From assembly GCA_965223795.1 (NCBI GenBank), contig CBDCXL010000002.1, positions 1,792,001 through 1,856,000 of the forward strand: a DNA stretch of 64,000 nt, written 5' to 3'. Positions within the stretch are counted from its first letter, which is position 1, and each line of letters starts with the position of its first letter. Positions 1-9,165 of this stretch are shown here, piece by piece. Under the pieces are notes generated by a model, which had not been told where the DNA came from, did no database searches, and worked only from the letters and a program-made list of their open reading frames with translations. Origin of the DNA: Nitrospinales bacterium (GTDB lineage: Bacteria; Nitrospinota; Nitrospinia; Nitrospinales; VA-1). The translations under genes were made by a program, and so were the position numbers.

Positions 1-190
1 CGGTTTTCGGGTTTTTGGGGGCAAGGAGCCGGCGGTCTGTAAAGATCCTCGCATAGATCCGACACGGTATTTTGCATCGGGTTCGAGTGGACGCCTTCGG
101 CCCTGTAAATTGATTTGCAGGGCATTGCCCGGTTTTGCGTCCCTATGGTAACATAACCGCATGGTTGGGAAATTTGCTTTTTTAAACTAA

Positions 191-1444
191 ATGATGTCTC
201 GTCGAGTGGTGATCACCGGGATGGGGGCGATCAGCCCCAACGGTACCGGTCTGAAAGAATTCTGGGAAAACACGTGCCGGGGCAAAAGCGGGATCGACCG
301 CATTTCCAGCTTCGATCCTGCGGGGCTGTCCTGCCAGATCGCGGGGGAGGTGACGGGATTCGATCCGGCGCACTATTACTCCAAAGCCGATCTGAAAAAA
401 CTGCCGCGCGCGGTTCCGCTTGCCATCGCCGCTTCCAGGGAGGCGCTGGATCATTCCGGAATCGATTTGAATTCGTTTCAGGAAGAGGATTTTGAAAGCA
501 TCGGTGTGATGGTCGGCAGCGGCGGCGCCGGTTTCGATTTTTCCGAAAAGCAGTTTGAGATCTACTACTCGGGGAAAAAGCACAAGATCAGCCCGTATGC
601 GATTTCCAATTCGCTGGTGGGCATGCTGTCCAGCGAAATTTCCATGTATTTCGGGTTTCAGGGACGCTCGCACGTGCTCTCCAACGGCTGCACCAGCTCC
701 ACCGACGCGATCGGCTACGCGTTCAACGCCATCCGCTCCGGTCAGGAGGACTGGTTTCTCACCGGCGGGGTGGAAGCCTGCGTGACTCCGGCGTTCATGT
801 GCGGATTCGAAAGGATGAAAGCCAACCCGGTGCATTTCAACGACGACCCGACGCGCGGGTCGCGCCCGTTCAACCGCGACCGGGAAGGATTCGTTCTGGC
901 CGAGGGCGGCTGGATGCTGATCCTTGAGGAACTCGAGCACGCCAAGCGGCGCGACGCGCCCATCTTCGCGGAGGTGTTGGGTTACGGCACCACCTGCGAC
1001 GCCTACCACCGGGTGGCGATCATGCCGGACGGAAAGCAATCGACCCGGGCGCTGAAGCTGGCGATGAAAGACGCCGGCGTCAACGAGGACGAGGTGGATT
1101 ACATCAATTTTCACGGCACCTCGACGATCATCAACGACAAGATCGAGACGCTGGCCGTCAAGCAGGCGTTCAACAGCCACGCTATGGACATCCCGGTCAG
1201 CTCCACCAAGTCCATGGTCGGGCATCCCCAGGGGGCGTCCGGAGCGCTGGGCGTCACGGTGACGGGGTTGTCGCTGCACCACGGGTTTCTGACCCCGACC
1301 ATCAATATGGAAAATCCGGACCCGGATTGCGATATGGATTACATCTCCAATGAGGGCAAGGAAAAGAAGATCCGCATCGGCATCAGCAACTGCATCTCCT
1401 TCGGGTCCAAGAATTCCGCGCTGGTGCTGAAAAAATTTCACTGA
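191..1444 (+). CDS. fabF: Beta-ketoacyl-ACP synthase II family (FabF-like)
   Basis: N-terminal RRVVITGMG; catalytic Cys (NGCTSS), His (INFHGTST) and His (KSMVGH); PFNRDREGFVLAEG motif. Confidence 0.88.
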   Translation: MMSRRVVITGMGAISPNGTGLKEFWENTCRGKSGIDRISSFDPAGLSCQIAGEVTGFDPAHYYSKADLKKLPRAVPLAIAASREALDHSGIDLNSFQEEDFESIGVMVGSGGAGFDFSEKQFEIYYSGKKHKISPYAISNSLVGMLSSEISMYFGFQGRSHVLSNGCTSSTDAIGYAFNAIRSGQEDWFLTGGVEACVTPAFMCGFERMKANPVHFNDDPTRGSRPFNRDREGFVLAEGGWMLILEELEHAKRRDAPIFAEVLGYGTTCDAYHRVAIMPDGKQSTRALKLAMKDAGVNEDEVDYINFHGTSTIINDKIETLAVKQAFNSHAMDIPVSSTKSMVGHPQGASGALGVTVTGLSLHHGFLTPTINMENPDPDCDMDYISNEGKEKKIRIGISNCISFGSKNSALVLKKFH

Positions 1445-1462
1445 GAGCCATGAAGGAGGCGC

Positions 1463-2074
1463 ATGCGAACACACGGCGGCAAAACGAAAGGCAGTCTCCT
1501 GGCAATGCTGGTGTGGGCTTTGGGATTTTCCGGCTGCAGCTCGCTGGTCGGAGTCGATGTGACGGTGGTGGATCAGAAAACGGCTCTGGAAAACCAGATT
1601 CTGGGCAGTTACGAAGAGCTGGGCAACGAGATGCTGCTGCTCGCTTCGGTGCGGTCGGTGGATGAAGACGGCAAACTGAAGACGGTGGCGGAAATTCCGC
1701 CCGGCAAGATGGAAGCGATCCGGGCGATGCAGCGCCAGGAGTTCAACCGCGACGACATTCAATCTTTCAAGCAATCCGGAATCGCCGGGGAGGGCAACGA
1801 GGGGCTTCTGGTTTTCTTCGAAACGGAAAAGACCCAAAGCGATCCCAAGTTCAAGACCTTCGCCCAGACGATCATGGAAGAGGAAAATGCGGACCGCCTG
1901 GCGATTTTAAAACGCACCGTGGCGACGAACGAGGCGTTCTCGGACGGGGATCTGCCCAAGGTGCAGAGGATTTTCGCGAGCCTCAACCGGGACAACGCCA
2001 ATCCCGGTGAAAAAATCCAGCTTGAAGACGGGCGCTGGATCGTGAAAGGTCAGCAGGCTAAAAAGGGACCCTGA
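1463..2074 (+). CDS. Lipoprotein, DUF1318/YdbL-like
   Basis: Lipobox FSG-C; GIAGEGNEGLL, EENADR and GEKIQLEDGRW resemble YdbL motifs; SD AAGGAGG upstream. Confidence 0.65.
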   Translation: MRTHGGKTKGSLLAMLVWALGFSGCSSLVGVDVTVVDQKTALENQILGSYEELGNEMLLLASVRSVDEDGKLKTVAEIPPGKMEAIRAMQRQEFNRDDIQSFKQSGIAGEGNEGLLVFFETEKTQSDPKFKTFAQTIMEEENADRLAILKRTVATNEAFSDGDLPKVQRIFASLNRDNANPGEKIQLEDGRWIVKGQQAKKGP

Positions 2075-2092
2075 TTCATCGGGACGACCGGT

Positions 2093-2344
2093 TCAACGAT
2101 AGGGCATTTCGTTGCCGTTCAATTGCCGGGCGATTTCCTGCTCGAACAGATTTTCCTTGCGGACAAATTCCTCGAATTCCCTCGGACTTTTGAATTCGAA
2201 CGAGCGCGGTTCTTTCTGGCCGCAGATCTCTTCATCCTGCTCGACGGTCAAGACGTTGTTTTCTACGGCCTTGATGACGAATTTTTTACGGGTATTGAGT
2301 TTTCCGAAAATTTCCCGATAAACAGGTTCCAGGTTCAATGCCAT
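2093..2344 (-). CDS. Small hypothetical protein (83 aa, MALNLEPVY...)
   Basis: ATG at 2344 preceded by GGAG; protein-like composition. Confidence 0.7.
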   Translation of the reverse strand: MALNLEPVYREIFGKLNTRKKFVIKAVENNVLTVEQDEEICGQKEPRSFEFKSPREFEEFVRKENLFEQEIARQLNGNEMPYR

Positions 2345-2480
2345 GGCGATTCTCCAGTTCTTAAAGTGCAGACGGCGTATACAATGTTTCGAATGAATGA
2401 AAAAATTATATAATCCGGTCTCCACAAAATCAAATGAATTGCCTCACAGGAAAATAAGCGAAATTCGCGATTAAAAATAG

Positions 2481-2509
2481 TTAACACTTGCACTAATGTA
2501 TGCTAATCT
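2481..2509 (+). promoter_or_regulatory. Putative sigma70 promoter TTAACA-N17-TAATCT with extended -10 TG
   Basis: Motif and spacing read directly from the AT-rich intergenic region. Confidence 0.4.
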
Positions 2510-2686
2510 ACACGCGGTTCTTCGGAAGAGGGAGCACCCCCTCTTTCACCGCTTTCTCACGCTGGCGACCCCCAGACTGAGGGCTGCCCGAACCAAATCC
2601 AGGTCCATTTTCCCGCCGGGATCGAGTCGCTGAACTCGAATTAAACCCGACAACTCGAACGCTCCCGCTTTTCACTCGACCTCCCC

Positions 2687-4135
2687 ATGCCGCAAAGACA
2701 GACCCTGCAGACTTTGATCGATGACCTGATCCGGGAATCCCGCACTCCGTTCACGGCGGACGATCTCATGCAGCGCATTCAGAAGCGCTGGCGCCGGAAA
2801 ATCTCCGAAACCACGCTGGCGCAGCTGAAAGGCAAGCTGCCCGAGCACCACTACATCGTGGGAACCGATTCGGAGGATTTTCTTCCTTACCAGGCGGTGC
2901 TCGAGAAGATCGGCCACATCCCGCTGCTGGTCGATCTGGGCAAATTCGAATTGCAGCAGAAGATCTTCATTCCCGGACACCGGCTGATTCCCTTTCTGTC
3001 CAACGACCGCAAGGAAAAGGATCTGATGTTTCTGGACGCGGACGGCCACGAAATTCCACGGCTGAAACGGGCGTTCTGCATCGAGGAAGTCATCCATTTT
3101 TACCAGTACGCGGGCGAGCAGCATTTCCCCGGCGACATCGATGTCAACGAGTGGATGCCCGGGAAAAGCTCGGTGCTCACCTGGGTCTGGGACATGACCG
3201 CCTTTTTCAAATCGCACCGCCTCAAGGCGGGAGACGCGCTGCGCATCCAGCTGGTCGATTTCGATCAGGGTGTGTTTCAGATCGCGCCCTGTACCAGGCA
3301 GGATGTCCGCGCGGGACTTCTGCTCCGGCGGCGGCTGCACGTGGCGCTGGAGAGCATCCTTTCGCAATTGTGCCAGAGGGAGGAATTCACCAGCGCGTCC
3401 TTGCAGAAACAAATCATGCGGACGCTGTTTTCACTGGAAGAGGAATCGCTCGACATCCCGGCGTTTTCCCTGACGGATTTTCTCGAATCGCTCAAGGAAC
3501 TGACGGCGGTCAGCTCGGAAGGCGGTCAGGTGCAGTTGATCCCGACCTGGAAATCCGAACCGGTGGGCTTCGTCCGCGTCGACGCCGACCGGGTTCCCAA
3601 GGGCGAGAAAGGGTCGCTGGAGGAAATCTTCCAGGACCTGGGGCTCGCCTTTCACGAATGGGAGTTCATTTCCATTCTGTACACCGTGATGGCCTCGGAC
3701 AAATTCAAGATCGAGCTGGTGTTCAACCTGCTGTTCGGCGGCCAGGGCAAGCTGTTTCAGGACCGCAAACAGCACGATGCGTTCTACCAGCGTCTGCGGA
3801 AACTTCTGTATAAAATCTGTGAGGATCTCAAGCAGCCCGAGTCGCGCCTGGCGGCGGAGCTTCGGGACAAATGCGTGGAGGTCAAGCTCAGCCTGATCGG
3901 GATTCTGCGGTTTCTGGAAGAAAACGAGGTGGGTCTGGAAGACCTGCCGGCGGAAACGCTGAACCCGATCATCGATCTGGATTATTTCTGCACCGAGACC
4001 TTGAGGCGCTTTGCGGACCGGTCCGCTCCCCAGGATCTGAAATTCATCCGCGACGTGCGCCTGGCCTTAAAAATCGTCCTTCCCCATCTGGACCATCTGG
4101 AAGAAGAGGTCTACTTCCGCCTGGGGATTTTCTAA
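2687..4135 (+). CDS. Hypothetical protein (482 aa)
   Basis: Long ORF with GC3-rich coding pattern; no family recognised. Confidence 0.8.
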   Translation: MPQRQTLQTLIDDLIRESRTPFTADDLMQRIQKRWRRKISETTLAQLKGKLPEHHYIVGTDSEDFLPYQAVLEKIGHIPLLVDLGKFELQQKIFIPGHRLIPFLSNDRKEKDLMFLDADGHEIPRLKRAFCIEEVIHFYQYAGEQHFPGDIDVNEWMPGKSSVLTWVWDMTAFFKSHRLKAGDALRIQLVDFDQGVFQIAPCTRQDVRAGLLLRRRLHVALESILSQLCQREEFTSASLQKQIMRTLFSLEEESLDIPAFSLTDFLESLKELTAVSSEGGQVQLIPTWKSEPVGFVRVDADRVPKGEKGSLEEIFQDLGLAFHEWEFISILYTVMASDKFKIELVFNLLFGGQGKLFQDRKQHDAFYQRLRKLLYKICEDLKQPESRLAAELRDKCVEVKLSLIGILRFLEENEVGLEDLPAETLNPIIDLDYFCTETLRRFADRSAPQDLKFIRDVRLALKIVLPHLDHLEEEVYFRLGIF

Positions 4136-4396
4136 TACGAGAAACGGCCGCGGCAAGGTTCGCGCCCCCCTCCCATCCCTGCTTTCTGAAAGGAAAGGGG
4201 AATTTCAGCATCCGGTCGCGTCTGAATACCGGGAAAACCCATCACCCCGGCCTGCCGCGGCATTCGATTTGAATTGAAACCGTATCAGATCTCCGGCCTG
4301 CAACTGGAAGCGAGGGACCGCAACTCCTCCAGTGGCCCCTCGGAAAGGCCGCTTGGCTCACCCTGAGCGGGGCTTTTGCCGAAGGCCCGGAAACGT

Positions 4397-5746
4397 TCAC
4401 CCGTTCCGGAACGTCCCGGTGGCGACGCCTTTCAGTGAATGGCCGGAAACCGATTCCACCGCGACGCGGACCCGGTCTCCGGGACGTATGGATTCCGGGT
4501 CTCCGCGGAAATGGACGTTCCAGTACTGCGGGTTTCTGCCCTTCCAGTTGGCGCCGGCTTTGCGCGTCTCCCCTTCCACCAGCACTTCCACTTCATCGCC
4601 AAGATAGCGTTGCCCCAGCCTGTCCGTGAGCGCGTCCTGCAGCGTCATGGTTTTCCGGAGCCGTTCCTTTTTGACGTCATCGGGGACGTCGTCGGGAAAG
4701 TCCGCCGCAGGTGTGCCCGGCCGGGGGCTGTAGCAGAACATGAAGCTGCTGGAAAACTCCGCCCGCTGCATCAGGGCGAGGGTGTCCTCGAATTCGGCTT
4801 CGGTTTCTCCTGGAAACCCGACGATGATGTCGGTTGACAGCGCGACGTCGGGCACGGCGGCGCGCAGCGCCTCGATGAGATCCAGGTATTCCTCCACCGT
4901 GTTGCCGCGGCGCATGGCCTTTAAGATGCGGTTGTTTCCGCTCTGGGCGGGCAGGTGCAGGTGGTTCATCAGGATGTCGAGGTCCCGGTAGGCGTCGATC
5001 AGTTGCGGCGTGAAATCTCCGGGATAGCTGGTGGTGAACCGCAGCCGTTTAACTCCCGCTATCTCCGCGATCCGGTACAGCAGCTCATGAAAGGCGACCG
5101 GTTTTTCCAGACCGCGCTTGCCGTAGGCGTTGACGTTCTGCCCGAGCAGCACGATTTCCCTGGCCCCTTTCGCCACCCACTGGCGTACTTCCTCTAAAAT
5201 TTCCTCGGCTTCGCGCGATTTTTCGCGGCCGCGCGTGTACGGCACGACGCAGAACGAACAAAACTTGTCGCAGCCCTTGATGATGTTGACGAAAGCGCTG
5301 GGATGCACCGGTTTTACCGCCGCATCGCGCACTTCGGGGATGGAGTAGTTTTTCTTTTTGTCGAATTGAGTCCAGACCAGCGGTTTCCCGAATTCGCGCG
5401 CCGCATCCACTGCCTGGGGGATGTCCTCGATGTGGTCGGGGCCGAGGATGAAATCCAGAAAGGGAATGCGCTGGATCAGCCTTTCCCCTTCCTGCTGGGC
5501 GAGGCAGCCGGTGAGCCCGAAAATGAGGTCGGGATTGGCTTTTTTGAGCGGTTTCATGCCGCCGAACAGGGAGAAGATCTTCTGTTCCGCCTTGTCGCGG
5601 ATGGAGCAGGTGTTGACCAGGATGAGATCGGCGTTTTCCTTGTCCAGGGTCCGGGCGTACCCGGAATGGAACAGCAACAGCTCCATCCGGTCCGAATCGG
5701 CGACGTTCATCTGGCAGCCGTAGGTGTCCAAATACACTTGTTTCAT
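4397..5746 (-). CDS. miaB: tRNA-2-methylthio-N6-isopentenyl adenosine(37) methylthiotransferase MiaB
   Basis: TYGCQMNVADS, NTCSIRDKAE, radical SAM CDKFCSFC, C-terminal TRAM domain. Confidence 0.96.
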   Translation of the reverse strand: MKQVYLDTYGCQMNVADSDRMELLLFHSGYARTLDKENADLILVNTCSIRDKAEQKIFSLFGGMKPLKKANPDLIFGLTGCLAQQEGERLIQRIPFLDFILGPDHIEDIPQAVDAAREFGKPLVWTQFDKKKNYSIPEVRDAAVKPVHPSAFVNIIKGCDKFCSFCVVPYTRGREKSREAEEILEEVRQWVAKGAREIVLLGQNVNAYGKRGLEKPVAFHELLYRIAEIAGVKRLRFTTSYPGDFTPQLIDAYRDLDILMNHLHLPAQSGNNRILKAMRRGNTVEEYLDLIEALRAAVPDVALSTDIIVGFPGETEAEFEDTLALMQRAEFSSSFMFCYSPRPGTPAADFPDDVPDDVKKERLRKTMTLQDALTDRLGQRYLGDEVEVLVEGETRKAGANWKGRNPQYWNVHFRGDPESIRPGDRVRVAVESVSGHSLKGVATGTFRNG

Positions 5747-5754
5747 AGGGTCAA

Positions 5755-5783
5755 ACTGTAAGCGAAACGGGGCCGCTTTGCAA
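5755..5783 (-). promoter_or_regulatory. Putative sigma70 promoter for miaB (TTGCAA-N17-TACAGT), -10 ends 8 nt before ATG
   Basis: Motif, 17-nt spacer, no SD upstream of the ATG. Confidence 0.5.
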
Positions 5784-6014
5784 CCGGGTTTTATCGGGCA
5801 ACAGTGCAGGGAAAAACCGGGCCGGGGACCCGGAAATCATTTTGTTTAAAGGCATTATCCGAGGTCTCCCGTCGTTTTGGAAACCCCGCCGCCGGCCTGC
5901 ATCCGGGAGCGCGCCGTGCCCAAATGGGTGCGAATCCCGCTTATTTAAATTTGTTTAAATTTATTAAAAATAAATAAAGCATGGTATAATTTACATCTAA
6001 TAACAAAGACTTTA

Positions 6015-6043
6015 TTGACAAAAATTTAAACTTGGCCTAATCT
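6015..6043 (+). promoter_or_regulatory. Sigma70 promoter TTGACA-N17-TAATCT for the HTH gene
   Basis: Perfect -35 and 17-nt spacer in a very AT-rich tract; a second TGGTATAAT lies at 5982-5990. Confidence 0.65.
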
Positions 6044-6120
6044 AAAGTTATTCCGTAAAAAATAAAAAAATAATATCTCCTAACGGGTTCGAATCCATTT
6101 TTTTGAAGAGGAGCGGGATA

Positions 6121-6378
6121 GTGTCCAAGTCCAACAGTGTCAGGCAGATACGTGAATCGAAGATGATGAGCAAAGCTGAGCTGGCACGCAAAGCGAATGT
6201 GACGGTCCAAACCATCGACCGTATCGAAAAGGGGAATGATTGCCGCTTGGATACGAAAAGAAAAATCATTCTTGCTCTGGGATACAAACTGGCTGACCGT
6301 ACGTCGATCTTCTCGGAAAACTCCGAGAAAAAATCCCGGGCCAAAAAAAAGAGCCGGGTGAAAAAGAAAAAGCGATGA
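6121..6378 (+). CDS. XRE-family helix-turn-helix regulator upstream of pilM
   Basis: VRQIRESKMMSKAELARKANVTVQTIDRIEKG is an XRE HTH; GTG start after GAGGAG (ORF track start 6103); Lys/Arg-rich tail. Confidence 0.85.
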   Translation: MSKSNSVRQIRESKMMSKAELARKANVTVQTIDRIEKGNDCRLDTKRKIILALGYKLADRTSIFSENSEKKSRAKKKSRVKKKKR

Positions 6379-6705
6379 GCCTTTAGGGCTTGCGCGGGCG
6401 GCCGTCAGGAGAAGGCGGTTGCAGCATGGATTTTCAAGAAGTTTGGTTGCGCCGTCGGCCGGACGGCTTCTTCCTGATCGCATTGACGATTTTTGTGAAT
6501 CCCTGATTATTCGGGATATCCCGTGAAAAGGGCATGATGAGCCCGAACAGGCTGAAAAAACATCAGCAAGGTATCGTTTGACGACACGGGAAACAGTGTG
6601 ATTTTTTGCTACCCGTGGCGAAAAAAATGTTCACTTTGCGGGGCCCTTGCCGGGCGTTTTTGTTAGAACTCTTTAAAATTCAATGATTTTTGGAGGGGTG
6701 TCGGT

Positions 6706-6722
6706 TTGGTATAGTGTTTGCT
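6706..6722 (+). promoter_or_regulatory. Sigma54 -24/-12 promoter for pilMNOPQ (TTGGTATAGTGTTTGCT)
   Basis: GG-N10-GC with TTGCT -12 box; IHF-like ATTCAATGATTTT just upstream. Confidence 0.6.
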
Positions 6723-6797
6723 CTTTGGAGGTGAACCCTCTGAACCAAGCACCGATCACCCAAAAACCACTTAGCTAAAAATATTTCAGGAATCGCG

Positions 6798-7868
6798 ATG
6801 TTCTTATCGGAAAAAACTCCCCTGGTCGCTTTGGATATCGGCACGTCTTCCATCAAAATGGCTCAGCTTGCCGGATCGGATAACAAATTTGAACTGCTGA
6901 ATTTCGGCGTCATGCCGCTTCAGGAAGAAGCCATCGTGGACGGTGTGGTGCGAAGGCAGGAAGAGGTCGTGGAAGCCCTGGAGAAGATGATCAAAAACGA
7001 GAAAATCGACACCCGTTTTGCGGTGGCGTCGATTTCCGGAGAGGCTGTGATCATCAAGAAAATCCGGGTTCCCCTGATGTCGGAAGCGGAACTGGCCGAG
7101 AGCATCTATCACGAAGCGGAGCAGTACATTCCGTTCGATATCGACGACGTCAGCATCGACTTTCAGCTTCTGGGTACGGACGAGGACATTGAGGAGGAGG
7201 ATGGCGAGCAGAAGATGGAGATCCTGCTGGTCGCGGTGCAGAAGGACATCATCGAAAGCCGCACGGAGCTTCTCTACGATGCGGGCCTGCGTCCCACCAT
7301 CATCGACCTGGATGTGTTCGCGATGGTCAACGCCTTCAGCCAGGGAAAGAATCTCGAGAACTCGGGCGATGTCGCCATCATCGATCTGGGAGAGTCGTTT
7401 TCCCACATCAATATATTGAAGGACGGCGTTTGTTCGTACACGCGGGACATCCCGTTCGGCGGCAGCCAGGCGACCAAGAAACTGATGACGAAATTCAAGG
7501 TTTCCAGCCAGCAGGCCACGGATCTTAAAAAAGGCAAGATGTCGGAAGAAGTCGAAAGCGATGAGGTTATTGAGATCATCGTGAAATCGTTCGAAAAAAT
7601 TCTCGATGAAGTGCAGAAGTCTTTTGAGTTTTTCAGCACGACTTCGAATTCCCAGGTGGAGCAGGTTTATCTGAGCGGCGGCGGGGCCTTGATCCCGGGA
7701 GCGGATGCGCTGTTTGCGCATCACCTCAACACGCCGGTGCACATCCTCAATCCGCTGGATGGAATCAAGATCAATAAGAGGAAGTTCGATCAGCAAACCA
7801 TTGACGAATTGGCTCCGATTTCTTCGGTGGCGATCGGTCTGGCAACCAGAAGGTTCGACTACAAATGA
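6798..7868 (+). CDS. pilM: Type IV pilus assembly protein PilM
   Basis: Actin-like ALDIGTSSIK, EAEQYIPFDIDDV, YLSGGGA; first gene of the pilMNOPQ order. Confidence 0.95.
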   Translation: MFLSEKTPLVALDIGTSSIKMAQLAGSDNKFELLNFGVMPLQEEAIVDGVVRRQEEVVEALEKMIKNEKIDTRFAVASISGEAVIIKKIRVPLMSEAELAESIYHEAEQYIPFDIDDVSIDFQLLGTDEDIEEEDGEQKMEILLVAVQKDIIESRTELLYDAGLRPTIIDLDVFAMVNAFSQGKNLENSGDVAIIDLGESFSHINILKDGVCSYTRDIPFGGSQATKKLMTKFKVSSQQATDLKKGKMSEEVESDEVIEIIVKSFEKILDEVQKSFEFFSTTSNSQVEQVYLSGGGALIPGADALFAHHLNTPVHILNPLDGIKINKRKFDQQTIDELAPISSVAIGLATRRFDYK

Positions 7869-8539
7869 TTAAAATCAATTTACACGATTATCGGGAAGAG
7901 CTGCAACGGATCGTCATCCAGAAGCACGTGTGCATGGCGAGTGCGATCGTCATGCTGGCGCTTGCGGGGATCGGCACGATCTGGATGTACCAGGATTACC
8001 GGCTGACCAGCACCCAGATGGAAGTGGCGGCGCTGGATCAGAAAGTCGCGGCGCTGGAGGGCACCGTGCGGGTGGTCAAGTCCATGCAGGCCAAGCAGAA
8101 GCGGGTGGAAACCATTCTCACCGGAATCGAACAGCTCAGAACCAGCCAGATGCAGGCCACGGAAATCCTCGCCGACCTCAACCAGAGGCTGCCCGAAGAA
8201 ATCTGGCTGACCGGAATCAAGCAGAACCGGCGCTCCGACCTGCAGCGCAACAAGATCCCGACGATCTTCTTTGCGGACAGCAGCAGCGACAAGAAAAAGA
8301 AGAAAAAGAAGAAAAAGGAAAAGAACGCCGGCCAGGAAGCTCAGGAGTTCATCGTGATCACCGGGCAGGCGCTGGAAGACCAGGCCGTGGCCCGGTTTGT
8401 CGACCGGCTGGAAATGATTCCTTATTTCAAAATGGTGTTTCTGTACAAGACCGAACAGAAACAAATCGGCCAAACCAAAGTGCGTGAGTTTGAAATTTAC
8501 TGCTATATGCCGGACAACAACAAGAAGGCTCTGATCTGA
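7865..8539 (+). CDS. pilN: Type IV pilus assembly protein PilN
   Basis: MIKINL N-terminal motif, TM helix, coiled coil, LPEEIWLT; synteny. Confidence 0.9.
   Translation: MIKINLHDYREELQRIVIQKHVCMASAIVMLALAGIGTIWMYQDYRLTSTQMEVAALDQKVAALEGTVRVVKSMQAKQKRVETILTGIEQLRTSQMQATEILADLNQRLPEEIWLTGIKQNRRSDLQRNKIPTIFFADSSSDKKKKKKKKKEKNAGQEAQEFIVITGQALEDQAVARFVDRLEMIPYFKMVFLYKTEQKQIGQTKVREFEIYCYMPDNNKKALI
8291..8317 (+). repeat. (AAGAAAAAG)x3 tandem repeat encoding Lys9 in PilN
   Basis: Direct reading of the sequence. Confidence 0.8.
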
Positions 8540-8541
8540 TC

Positions 8542-9165
8542 ATGGAAAAACTATTCGACAAGCTGCCTTATGATTTTCTGCAGGGCGTGAAGCTCACTTA
8601 CATCCTCATGAGTGCCGTGGGCGTGGGGGCTTTGTTTCTTGCCATCTATTACTTCACTCTGTTCACGGCGAGTCAGGACGAGCTGGCGCAGCTGCAGCAG
8701 AAACGCACGAAAAAAGAACAGACCCTCAAAGCCTATCAGGGGCTGGTCAAAAAAAAGGAGCCGATCGCCAAGGAACTGGCACGGACCCTGGGCGAACTGG
8801 AGTTCATGAAACAGCAGCTGCCGCGTGAGGACGACATGCCGGATCTGCTGCAGAAGGTCGCCGATTTCGGCGGCGGCCGCGTTACCTTCGACGTCACCCG
8901 GTTCAAGCTCAAGGAAGGCAATGTGAAGGACTTTTACAAGAAGATTCCGGTGGAAATTCAGATGCAGGGTTCTTTCTGGGACACGCTTGATTTTCTCGAC
9001 AAAATGCAGAACCTTCTGCAGCTGGTCACTCTGACGGATTTGAAAATGAACCTGGGCAAAGCACAGGGAGGGGCCGCTTCTTCGGCAAATGGAACGCTGA
9101 TCTATACCAATTTTGTGGCGAACACCTACGCTTATATTCAGGGAGCGGAAGAAAAAGCCAAATGA
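8542..9165 (+). CDS. pilO: Type IV pilus assembly protein PilO
   Basis: TM helix, coiled coil, QLPREDDMPDLL and FYKKIPVEIQMQG motifs; synteny. Confidence 0.92.
   Translation: MEKLFDKLPYDFLQGVKLTYILMSAVGVGALFLAIYYFTLFTASQDELAQLQQKRTKKEQTLKAYQGLVKKKEPIAKELARTLGELEFMKQQLPREDDMPDLLQKVADFGGGRVTFDVTRFKLKEGNVKDFYKKIPVEIQMQGSFWDTLDFLDKMQNLLQLVTLTDLKMNLGKAQGGAASSANGTLIYTNFVANTYAYIQGAEEKAK

Noticed and set aside
4196..4248. Fluoride-riboswitch-like words on the minus strand (GGTGATGGG...GCTGA)
   Set aside because: P1 and pseudoknot pairings do not form, and no gene lies downstream in that orientation
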